Source: Vicinamibacterales bacterium | GTDB taxonomy: Bacteria; Acidobacteriota; Vicinamibacteria; Vicinamibacterales; 2-12-FULL-66-21 | NCBI GenBank assembly: GCA_036258055.1 | Contig: DATAEK010000013.1 | Location: 1 to 41,564, forward strand | Direction: 5' to 3' | Length of the DNA: 41,564 bases | Shown here: positions 26,040-34,054 of the stretch, piece after piece | Numbering within the stretch: the stretch's first letter is position 1 | Layout of the letters: every line of letters begins with the position of its first letter | Made by a program: the position numbers and the translations under genes | The notes under the pieces: generated by a model | The model's input: only the letters and a program-made list of their open reading frames with translations | Databases searched by the model: none | Told to the model about the DNA's origin: nothing

Positions 26040-26870
26040 ATGCGCAGACTGCCCGCCGCCGCGCTCGCCGCGTTCGTCTCAGTTGCCGTGTGCGCGGTTG
26101 TGGCGCAGCAGCCTGCTCCGCCGCCGTCACAGACGACGGCGATTCCCTCAGACGCGGAGATCGAGCAGTTCCTCCGAACGGCGAAGGTCGTCAAGACGCG
26201 AGGGACGTCCAAGGGCATCACTGGATCGCTGCGCGCGACGCTCAGCGACGGCACGCGTACACACGACGCGCAGATCCAGAGGATCGACGAGCGCAAAGCG
26301 CAGTTCGAGGCTGGCAGTGCCACGGAGTTCAACTTCCGCGACAGCTGGGAGTACAACGTTGCGGCCTACCGCCTCGATCGCATGATCGGCCTGAACCTCG
26401 TACCGGTCAGCATCGCCCGGCGCTATGACCTGAAGCAGGCCGCGTTCACCTGGTGGATCGATGACGTGATGATGGACGAGGGGAAGCGGCTGAGCGACAA
26501 AATCCAGCCGCCGCGCCCGCAGGAGTGGAACGAGTACATGCAGCTCGTTCGCGTCTTCGATCAGCTCATTTACAACATGGATCGCAACACCGGCAACCTG
26601 CTCATCACCAAGGACTGGCATGTCTGGGCGATCGATCACACGCGCGCGTTCCGGACACATCCGACGCTGAAAACGCCCGCCAACGTCACTCGCTGCGACC
26701 GCCAGATGCTCGAGCGGATGAAAGAGCTCACCAAAGAGTCGCTGAAGAAGGAGCTGGGCGAGTACCTCACCGACTTCGAAATCGCGGGAGTCCTCGCACG
26801 TCGCGACCTGATCGTCGGGATCATCGAAAAGACAGGACCAGCAGGCGTCTTCGATCGCCGCGCTCGCTGA
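26040..26870 (+). CDS. Secreted protein with PI3K/PI4K-like atypical kinase catalytic-loop signature
   Basis: ATG at 26040 with SD GGAAGGA. Signal peptide present. YNMDRNTGNLLITKDWHVWAIDHTRAF aligns with the PI3/PI4-kinase catalytic loop and DFG-like loop (GDRHNDNIM...HIDFGH) at identical spacing, but with H replaced by N in the DRH triad. Confidence 0.35.
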   Translation: MRRLPAAALAAFVSVAVCAVVAQQPAPPPSQTTAIPSDAEIEQFLRTAKVVKTRGTSKGITGSLRATLSDGTRTHDAQIQRIDERKAQFEAGSATEFNFRDSWEYNVAAYRLDRMIGLNLVPVSIARRYDLKQAAFTWWIDDVMMDEGKRLSDKIQPPRPQEWNEYMQLVRVFDQLIYNMDRNTGNLLITKDWHVWAIDHTRAFRTHPTLKTPANVTRCDRQMLERMKELTKESLKKELGEYLTDFEIAGVLARRDLIVGIIEKTGPAGVFDRRAR

Positions 26871-26891
26871 CCTGTCAACGGAGCTTCCACC

Positions 26892-29177
26892 GTGTCCACC
26901 TTCGTTCGTACTGCCCTTCTGCTCGCCGTCAGCCTCGTTACCGTCGCCTGGCAAGCGGTTCAACTCGTTGACCTGTCACAGCGCGCGCTTGGACGGATGG
27001 ATGGCGAGGTCACCGTGCCGGGCCTGCGAGGGGACGTGCGGGTCCTGCGCGATCGTTGGGGCATCCCGCATATCTACGCGGCCTCGGCGGACGATCTGTT
27101 CTTCGCGCAAGGGTATGTGGCCGCACAGGATCGCCTCTGGCAGATGGAGATCTGGCGTCGCACCGGCGAAGGGCGGCTCGCCGAGATTCTCGGGCCGCAA
27201 GCCGTCGGCCGCGATCGCGTGGCCCGCCTGCTCAAGTATCGCGGCCCGATGGACCAGACGGAGCTCGCGAGTTATCACCCCGAGGGCCGCCGGTTGTTGA
27301 CCGCGTTCATGAACGGCGTCAATGCCTTCATTTCGACGCACGCGGACAACCTGCCGGTTGAATTCCTGTTGACCGGCGTCAAGCCCCAGCCGTGGACCCT
27401 CGAAACGCTGACGCTTCGACAGGTCACCTTCGGCGATGCCACGAGCGAACTGCAGCTCGCGCGAAGTGTCGCGGCGCTTGGCGCGGAGGAAGCCAACCGG
27501 CGGCGCAACCCCGATCCCTGGGACGCACTGCAGGTGCCTGCCGGACTCGACGTGTCGGCAATCACCGAGGAAGTCGTCGCGGCGACACGCGCGGAAACCG
27601 GGCGACTCCCTGTTCCGGAGATTCTGCCGACGTATCGATCGCTCGCCGCGAGGGCCATCGATCAGCGTTCGTCCATGACAGAGCGCGCGACGGCCGACCC
27701 CGAGGCAGTCTTCGAGCCCGGCAGCAACAACTGGGTCGTCAGCGGATCCATGTCCACGACCGGGAAGCCCGTCGTTGCCAACGATCCGCACCGCGAGGTC
27801 ACGCTTCCGTCACTGCGCTACATCTTTCACCTCATCGCACCCGGATGGAATGTGATCGGCGCGTCCGAGCCGCCGTTTGTCGGCATCGCGGTCGGCCACA
27901 ACGATCGGGTGGCATGGGGGCTCACGATCGTCGGAACGGACCAGCACGACGTCTACGTCGAGGAGATCAATCCGGCCGATGCAAATCAGGTTCGATGGCG
28001 AGGCGGTTGGGAACCCTTACGCATCGTCCGCGAACAAATTGCGGTGAAGGGCCAGGCGCCCCAGAGTGTCGAGCTGAAGTTCAGCCGTCACGGTCCGATC
28101 TTCTACGAGGACCGGGCCCGGCACCGCGCCTACGCCTTGCGGTCAGCGCTGCTCGAGCCGGGAACAGGCGCATATCTCGCGGGGCTGCGCCTAAGCCAGG
28201 CTCGCGACTGCCGGCAGTTCCTCGACTCTGCGATGTACTGGAAGTCGCCGTCGGAGAACCTGATTTGCGGTGACGTAGATGGCAACATCTCGTGGCAGGC
28301 CTCAGCGCTGACGCCAACGCGCAAGGGATGGGTCGGCCGGCTGCCGGTCCCGGGCGGCGGTGACTTCGAGTGGCAGGGCTTCCGGCAGGATCTGCCGCGG
28401 GAGATCAACCCGGATCGCGGATTCATCGCCACGGCCAATCACAACATCCAGCCCAAGGGCTACGCGCCGCCGATCATGTTCAAGAACGCGGATGTGCGGT
28501 TCGAAAGGATCACGCGACTGTTGCAGTTGCTGACGCCGGGGCGCAAGTACTCGCTGGAGGATCATCAGCGGATGCAGCACGACGCCTTCTCTCTGCGCGC
28601 CGCGGCGGACCTGCCGCGCTTCAAAGGCTGGACGGCGTCGGATCCCGACGTCGAACGGGGGCGGGCGATGCTCGCGAACTGGGACGGCGTGTATCAGCGC
28701 GACAGTGCGGCGGCGGCGCTGTATGAAACGTGGCGCCAGGTTACCGGACGTCGCGCTACCGATGACACGGCGAGCACAACAGACGGCCAAGCGAGTCCAG
28801 AGGACAGCTTGAGCCAGGCGGTCACACGGTTGAGGGGTAGCCAGGGACGCGATTGGAGCGCGTGGCGTTGGGGACGCATGCACACGCGAACGTTCCCTCA
28901 TCCGTTCGTGCGCGCGTTCGATCTTCCCACCGTCGAGCGTGCGGGCGGCGCGGGAACCGTCGCCGCCGACGGTGCGACGTATCGCGAGATTCTCGACGTG
29001 TCGAACTGGGATAACTCGCTCGGCTCGAACGTTCCGGGCCAATCGGGGCAACCCGGGAGTCCGTACTACGGCAATCTCCTGCCACTCTGGACGGACAACA
29101 AGTACTTCCCGCTCGCATTCTCGAAAGCGGCGGTCGATGGAAACGCCGAGCATCGGCTCACGCTGAAGAGTCGGTAG
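26892..29177 (+). CDS. Penicillin acylase family protein (Ntn-hydrolase, S45; family includes AHL acylases)
   Basis: 761 aa with a signal peptide. The conserved N-terminal blocks RDRWGIPHIYA, DLFFAQGYVAAQDRLWQME and NGVNAF, plus the SNNW nucleophile region (GSNNWVVSG), are all present. The start is a GTG at 26892. Confidence 0.85.
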   Translation: MSTFVRTALLLAVSLVTVAWQAVQLVDLSQRALGRMDGEVTVPGLRGDVRVLRDRWGIPHIYAASADDLFFAQGYVAAQDRLWQMEIWRRTGEGRLAEILGPQAVGRDRVARLLKYRGPMDQTELASYHPEGRRLLTAFMNGVNAFISTHADNLPVEFLLTGVKPQPWTLETLTLRQVTFGDATSELQLARSVAALGAEEANRRRNPDPWDALQVPAGLDVSAITEEVVAATRAETGRLPVPEILPTYRSLAARAIDQRSSMTERATADPEAVFEPGSNNWVVSGSMSTTGKPVVANDPHREVTLPSLRYIFHLIAPGWNVIGASEPPFVGIAVGHNDRVAWGLTIVGTDQHDVYVEEINPADANQVRWRGGWEPLRIVREQIAVKGQAPQSVELKFSRHGPIFYEDRARHRAYALRSALLEPGTGAYLAGLRLSQARDCRQFLDSAMYWKSPSENLICGDVDGNISWQASALTPTRKGWVGRLPVPGGGDFEWQGFRQDLPREINPDRGFIATANHNIQPKGYAPPIMFKNADVRFERITRLLQLLTPGRKYSLEDHQRMQHDAFSLRAAADLPRFKGWTASDPDVERGRAMLANWDGVYQRDSAAAALYETWRQVTGRRATDDTASTTDGQASPEDSLSQAVTRLRGSQGRDWSAWRWGRMHTRTFPHPFVRAFDLPTVERAGGAGTVAADGATYREILDVSNWDNSLGSNVPGQSGQPGSPYYGNLLPLWTDNKYFPLAFSKAAVDGNAEHRLTLKSR

Positions 29178-29194
29178 GAAGTCGGCAGTCGCGG

Positions 29195-29232
29195 TCACGT
29201 AGCGTTCGGCTTCAGCCGGACCGCGCCTTTCG
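29195..29232. repeat. Copy 2 of the GTCACGTNGCGTYCGGCTTCAGCCGGACC repeat/hairpin element
   Basis: Shares gtcacgt.gcgt.cggcttcagccggacc with 2717-2753. Lies immediately 3' of the acylase gene. Confidence 0.5.
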
Positions 29233-29269
29233 GACCGGTTGTTGCTTCTTTCGGCGCAGGAGGCAACAC

Positions 29270-29689
29270 ATGCCGGAGCAAGAAACGTTGAGGCGGGCTC
29301 GACAGGACAAGCGTGAGGGAAAATCTCCGTCCACGCAGGCTGGTGAATTCGTCCACGAGGAGATCGAACACATCCGTGAGGGCAAGCACGGTGCGCGCTC
29401 GACGAAGCAGGCCATCGCGATCGGGTTGTCGAAGGCGCGGCGAGCGGGAGTCAAGCTCCCTCCACCGGCCAAGGGACAGTCCTCGGCGGCCACGAGAAGG
29501 CGAGCGGCACAGGATCTGCGCGCCGGGCACTCGGGATCTCACAAGACGTCGTCACGCCGATCGCGAGCGACCATGAAGGCGCTGAAACGTGAGGGACATG
29601 GCGCAGCGTCACACTCGGCGCTCAGCCGTCAGGCTCGCACCGCCGCGCGGAAGCGGAGCACCACTCGCCGATCGATGAAGAAGCGCTAG
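29270..29689 (+). CDS. Small conserved basic protein (resembles DUF6496-type proteins as recalled)
   Basis: 139 aa. SD AGGAGG 7 nt upstream of the ATG. A highly basic Arg/Lys-rich C-terminal half with a conserved-looking N-terminus (GEFVHEEIEHIREGKHGARSTKQAIAIGLSKARRAGV). Confidence 0.4.
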   Translation: MPEQETLRRARQDKREGKSPSTQAGEFVHEEIEHIREGKHGARSTKQAIAIGLSKARRAGVKLPPPAKGQSSAATRRRAAQDLRAGHSGSHKTSSRRSRATMKALKREGHGAASHSALSRQARTAARKRSTTRRSMKKR

Positions 29690-29717
29690 CGAAGACCAGT
29701 CCGCTTGCGCCTCGGCG

Positions 29718-30620
29718 ATGCGCACGCGCACAATGCGGCGCATGACATTCCCGCTGCGCTCGCACGCCACGATCGCCATCGCCCTTCTGCTGACAGTGGG
29801 CGTCGTTCAGCCAGGCTCACGGATACGGGCGCAGACGTCCGAGAAGCCGCCGGTCTACGACGCGTTTGCCATCCGCTTCGGCATCCTGCCGGCGTTAGCG
29901 GTGTCCGGGCTGGTGGCCGGCACCGAGGCCGGACGCAGGCTCGACATCCCGGTCATGGTCTGGCTGCTCAAGGGTTCGAACGGGCGCAACGTGCTCGTGG
30001 ACTCCGGCTTCTACCGGCAGAAATTCGTCGAACGGTGGAAGGTCCGCGACTTCAGATCGCCTGCCGATGCGGTCGCCGCCGCGGGAGTACGGCCGGACGA
30101 GATTACCGACATCATCATCAGCCATGCGCACTGGGACCACGTCGACGGCGCGGATCTCTTCCCAAAGGCCACGATCTGGATCCAGCGCGACGAGTATCAG
30201 TACTACACCGGAGAAGCGTGGCATGCGCGCAACACGCACGGCGGGATCGACGACGAGGATATGGTGGCGCTGCTGAAGATCAACACGCAGGGGCGGCTGC
30301 GCTTCGTGAACGGCGACGATCAGGAACCGATTCCCGGCATCCGCTGCTACACGGGCGGCCGTCACACGTTTGCGTCGCAGTATGCGTCGGTGAAGCTGGC
30401 GGCGGGAACCGCGGTGTTCACGAGCGACAACGTCTACCTGTACGAGAACTTAGAGAAGCACGTGCCGATTGCCCAAACGTTCGACGCGGCGAGCAACCTG
30501 AAAGCCCAGGATCGGATCAGGTCGCTCGCCACGCAGCCCGCGCTCATCGTGCCCGGCCACGATCCAGCGGTGTTCGAACGGTTCACCAGGGTCGCGGACG
30601 GGATCGTGCACATCCCGTAG
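29718..30620 (+). CDS. Secreted MBL-fold metallo-hydrolase (N-acyl-homoserine-lactonase-like)
   Basis: Signal peptide. HAHWDH (HxHxDH) zinc motif plus downstream His/Asp (CYTGGRHTF, VPGHD). Size and motif spacing resemble AiiA/AidC-type lactonases. The exact start is uncertain (ATGs at 29718, 29733 and 29742). Confidence 0.7.
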   Translation: MRTRTMRRMTFPLRSHATIAIALLLTVGVVQPGSRIRAQTSEKPPVYDAFAIRFGILPALAVSGLVAGTEAGRRLDIPVMVWLLKGSNGRNVLVDSGFYRQKFVERWKVRDFRSPADAVAAAGVRPDEITDIIISHAHWDHVDGADLFPKATIWIQRDEYQYYTGEAWHARNTHGGIDDEDMVALLKINTQGRLRFVNGDDQEPIPGIRCYTGGRHTFASQYASVKLAAGTAVFTSDNVYLYENLEKHVPIAQTFDAASNLKAQDRIRSLATQPALIVPGHDPAVFERFTRVADGIVHIP

Positions 30621-30643
30621 AGTCTGCCGTCAGGCGGACCTAC

Positions 30644-30663
30644 GCGTCCGGCTAAATCCGGAC
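30644..30663. repeat. Hairpin GTCCGG-CTAAAT-CCGGAC between convergent genes (related to the 2729 and 29210 elements)
   Basis: Perfect 6-bp stem read from the sequence. It lies between the MBL gene stop (30620) and the flotillin stop (30678), and could act as a bidirectional terminator. Confidence 0.45.
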
Positions 30664-30677
30664 ACGACAACAGGGTG

Positions 30678-32492
30678 TTACGTCCGCGGTTCCGCATCCT
30701 TCTGCGGACCCGCCAGCATCTTCGCGATCATCGCGTTCACCAGCCCGCCACCGCCATCGCCGCTGACGGAGATCTCGGGCACGAGCTTCACGCGGTTCTC
30801 GCCCAGAATCGTCGCGAGCTGGATCGCGGTGTAGCCGGTACCACCCACAGCGTCGATACCGAGCTTGTAGGCCTCAGCCTTCGCCGCACCCACCGCACGA
30901 ACCGCGGCGGCTTCCGCCTCACCGTTCACGCGAACGGCCGCGGCCTGGCCCTCCGCCCTGAGCCGCAGCGCGTTGCCTTCACCGCGCGCCGATTCCGCCG
31001 TCGCCAGCGCGTTCTGCTGCGAAATCCGCACGGCCTGCTCGGACCGCACGACGTCGGCCTGCAGGTTGGCCACGGCCGTCTCACGCTCGAGCGCCTGACG
31101 CTTCACCTGCGCCTCACGCTGAACGTCGTAGGTGAGCTCGAGCTCCTGCGCGATCTTGCGGTCCGTCTGCGTCTTCATCAGCTCCGCCGGCGGCGCGATG
31201 TCGCCGATCAGCGTATCGATGCACTCGACGTCGTAAGACTCGATCGCCTTCTTGATGTTCTCGAATGCCTCTGTTTGCCGCTCCGACCGCGCGGTCAGGA
31301 ACTCCAACACCGTGACCTGCTGCGCCGAGTTGCGGAAGTAGTTGCCGACGGTCGGCTGCAGCACGTGATCGACGAGGTTCTGCATCGAGCCCACCCGCGA
31401 GATCACCCGCGGCGCGTTCTTCATACCGATGTGGATGATCTGCGACACGTCCATGCTGAACGAGAAGCCGTCCTTCGACCGCACGAGGATCGACGACAGC
31501 CGTTCATCGTAGTGATGCGCCTCGGTCCGCTGCGCCCAGTTCAGCACGATGTTGGTCGTCGGCACGAGCTCGACCTTCATGACGCGGGTGTTGACCGGAT
31601 GCTTACCGGGCAGGAGCGGCTCCACCCACACACCCTTGCGCCCGCGCTCCACGAGGTCACCATGCGTGAACGATTCGCCGGACACGTCGAGGTGCTCGCG
31701 TCCGACGTAGCTGACGACGACGCCTACGTAACCGATGGGGATCTCGGTCAGCGGCACCGGCTCGACTCGCACGAACCACGGGTTGAGGTTCCACGATCCC
31801 GACAACAAGACGTCCTCCTGCAGACCGCGGCAGCCCGAGGCCTCGATGAACGCCTGCCCGCGCTGGAAACTCTCGTGACCCTCGATGCTCGGGCCCGCGA
31901 GATCACCAGACGCGATCGGACGGCCGTCCAGCACCGTGACGATGCCGACGCGATCCGTGGGCATCTGATACACCTCCAGATCCTCTTCCGTCATGCCGTG
32001 CTCCTCGGCGGTTGCGGCCGTGACGATCTCGAAGAGCGACGGATTGATGCGGTAGGTACCCGCCGTCAGGAACGCGAGCTGTCGGCCCCGTTCCCCCCCG
32101 TCGCGCAGGAACGCCTCGGCATCCTGAAAGTTGTCGCACGCGACCTGACGTCCGAGCACACGCTCCGGCGGAATCGCCGCGCCGTCGGCGGCGACAACGA
32201 GCGCAATCTGCCCCGGCTCGACCACGACCACCGGTACCTTCACGATCCGATACCGCCCGCGCCAGTACCCGAAATGCCACCCGGGCGGCAGCATCCGCGC
32301 CTGGTAGCCCGCCTCTCCATTGACGGCGATGATCCGTCCCGACGCGAGCGGCGGACCGAACCGTTTCACGACCAGCCCCGATTGGTCCGCACGAATGATC
32401 CACATCCCCCACAGCGAAACGACCAGCGCGAGCGCCACGAGCGCGCCGATCGAGACCACGAGTAACCCACCCTCCAGGAGCGACATCGGCAT
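30678..32492 (-). CDS. Flotillin-family SPFH protein (long, YqiK/FloT-like)
   Basis: About 605 aa from the ATG at 32492 (MPMSLLEGG...). N-terminal TM helix, an SPFH core, and a very long Ala/Glu/Gln-rich coiled-coil C-terminal half (EA-repeat region) typical of flotillins. Confidence 0.8.
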   Translation of the reverse strand: MPMSLLEGGLLVVSIGALVALALVVSLWGMWIIRADQSGLVVKRFGPPLASGRIIAVNGEAGYQARMLPPGWHFGYWRGRYRIVKVPVVVVEPGQIALVVAADGAAIPPERVLGRQVACDNFQDAEAFLRDGGERGRQLAFLTAGTYRINPSLFEIVTAATAEEHGMTEEDLEVYQMPTDRVGIVTVLDGRPIASGDLAGPSIEGHESFQRGQAFIEASGCRGLQEDVLLSGSWNLNPWFVRVEPVPLTEIPIGYVGVVVSYVGREHLDVSGESFTHGDLVERGRKGVWVEPLLPGKHPVNTRVMKVELVPTTNIVLNWAQRTEAHHYDERLSSILVRSKDGFSFSMDVSQIIHIGMKNAPRVISRVGSMQNLVDHVLQPTVGNYFRNSAQQVTVLEFLTARSERQTEAFENIKKAIESYDVECIDTLIGDIAPPAELMKTQTDRKIAQELELTYDVQREAQVKRQALERETAVANLQADVVRSEQAVRISQQNALATAESARGEGNALRLRAEGQAAAVRVNGEAEAAAVRAVGAAKAEAYKLGIDAVGGTGYTAIQLATILGENRVKLVPEISVSGDGGGGLVNAMIAKMLAGPQKDAEPRT

Positions 32493-32660
32493 CTGCCTTT
32501 CTATGAAGGCCGCCCGGCTCTCGCACCGGCCTCCGGCGGCCGTTGGGGTGGTCGTGCATGGGCTGGACCAGCCAGATTGCTGAGAAAACGGCGCCATTTC
32601 GGCAACGACTGCGCTCTACCGTCATTTCATTCATGTTCGGGCGGTGATACATTCACGATC

Positions 32661-33998
32661 ATGGCAACGGTGGACTGGTCAGGCTTCCCGGCTCCGCCCC
32701 GGGTGAGATCGGGACTGCGCGAGCGTGGAATCGACATCGTCGTGCGTCGCGGGGTTTCAGACGGGCACGGGGCCATGGTGATCGGCTCGCGGGACGCGCG
32801 CCGGCCGCCGCGCGGACCGAGCGGCCGGCCGTGGATCTGGGCGTCGCTAGCCTCCATCCCGGATCGCCTCGCGACCGATGCGGTCATCCGCGGCGCGTAC
32901 GACGTCGTCTCTCTGAAAGGTGCGGAGGCGATTGGCACGCTCGCACAGCGAATCGGCGAGCTGCTGACGCAGGAACCGGATCCGCCGCACGCGAATACGC
33001 TGGTCACCGTCAGTGAGCGATCGCGCCGCATCATCGGCCAGGTCGCACGCGTGGCCGCCACGTCGATGCCAGTCCTGCTCACCGGGGAGACCGGCACGGG
33101 CAAGGAGGTCATGGCCCGGTTGATCCACACCTGGTCGTCGCGGCGAGACAAACGCTTCGTCCCGATCAACTGCGCGGCGATTCCGAACGAGCTCATGGAA
33201 GCGGAGCTCTTCGGCTACGCGCGCGGCGCCTTCTCTGGAGCCGTCCAGCGTTACGACGGCCAGCTGATGGCCGCCGAAGGCGGCACGGTCTTCCTCGACG
33301 AGATCGACGACACGCCGCTCGAGACGCAGATCAAACTGCTGCGGGTCCTCGAAGATCGCGTGGTCAGCAGACTGGGCGAGAACGTGTGGCACGAAGTGGA
33401 CTTCCGGATCCTCGCGGCGACCAATCGCGATCTGCGGCCGCTCGTCGACTCCGGCGCGTTCGGCATGGATCTCTACGAGCGACTGGCGATCGTCACCATC
33501 AGCCTGCCACCGCTGCGGGAGCGGATCGAGGATCTCGAACCGCTCTCGCGGTTCTTCATGGCGAGATTCGCACGTGAGCAGGGCCGCGCGCCGGTCGAAG
33601 CCATTCGCGCGGACGCCCTGCGGATGCTCAAGGCGTATTCATGGCCCGGCAACATCCGCGAGCTCCGAAACGTCATCTACGAGACGCTGGTCTACAAGCG
33701 GGCGGGGAACGAGATCATCCTGTCCGACCTGCCGCGTCGCGTGTTGCGTGCGGCAGCGAGCGCGCGGCTACGGGCGGTTGTGGACGCCGGACGCCTCGCC
33801 GAACGCATCGGCACCGGAGCGATGAACCTGCGCGACGAGGTCGCCGCGCTCGAGCGGGCCGCGCTGGAGGAAGCGCTGAAACGCACCGGAGGCAACGCCG
33901 CCCAGGCGGCGCGGCTTCTCGGAGCCGTCGGACGCGGTAGTTCGAAGGATCCCGGCGGGACAGTCCGCGCAATGATGCGCAGACTCGGACCGGCGTGA
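32661..33998 (+). CDS. Sigma-54-dependent transcriptional activator (bEBP, Fis-type HTH) with a degenerate N-terminal receiver-like domain
   Basis: AAA+ motifs are present: Walker A GETGTGKE, ESELFGY-like EAELFGYARGAFSGA (a GAFSGA variant of GAFTGA), Walker B TVFLDEID, and the arginine-finger region. A C-terminal Fis-type HTH (GNAAQAARLLG) follows. The N-terminal ~110 aa lack the receiver acidic pocket (IDIVVRRG). Confidence 0.85.
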   Translation: MATVDWSGFPAPPRVRSGLRERGIDIVVRRGVSDGHGAMVIGSRDARRPPRGPSGRPWIWASLASIPDRLATDAVIRGAYDVVSLKGAEAIGTLAQRIGELLTQEPDPPHANTLVTVSERSRRIIGQVARVAATSMPVLLTGETGTGKEVMARLIHTWSSRRDKRFVPINCAAIPNELMEAELFGYARGAFSGAVQRYDGQLMAAEGGTVFLDEIDDTPLETQIKLLRVLEDRVVSRLGENVWHEVDFRILAATNRDLRPLVDSGAFGMDLYERLAIVTISLPPLRERIEDLEPLSRFFMARFAREQGRAPVEAIRADALRMLKAYSWPGNIRELRNVIYETLVYKRAGNEIILSDLPRRVLRAAASARLRAVVDAGRLAERIGTGAMNLRDEVAALERAALEEALKRTGGNAAQAARLLGAVGRGSSKDPGGTVRAMMRRLGPA

Positions 33999-34054
33999 CG
34001 AACGCGGGGACGAGTGGCATCGGCCAGCTGGGCAGGCCGTGAGACACTACCTAG

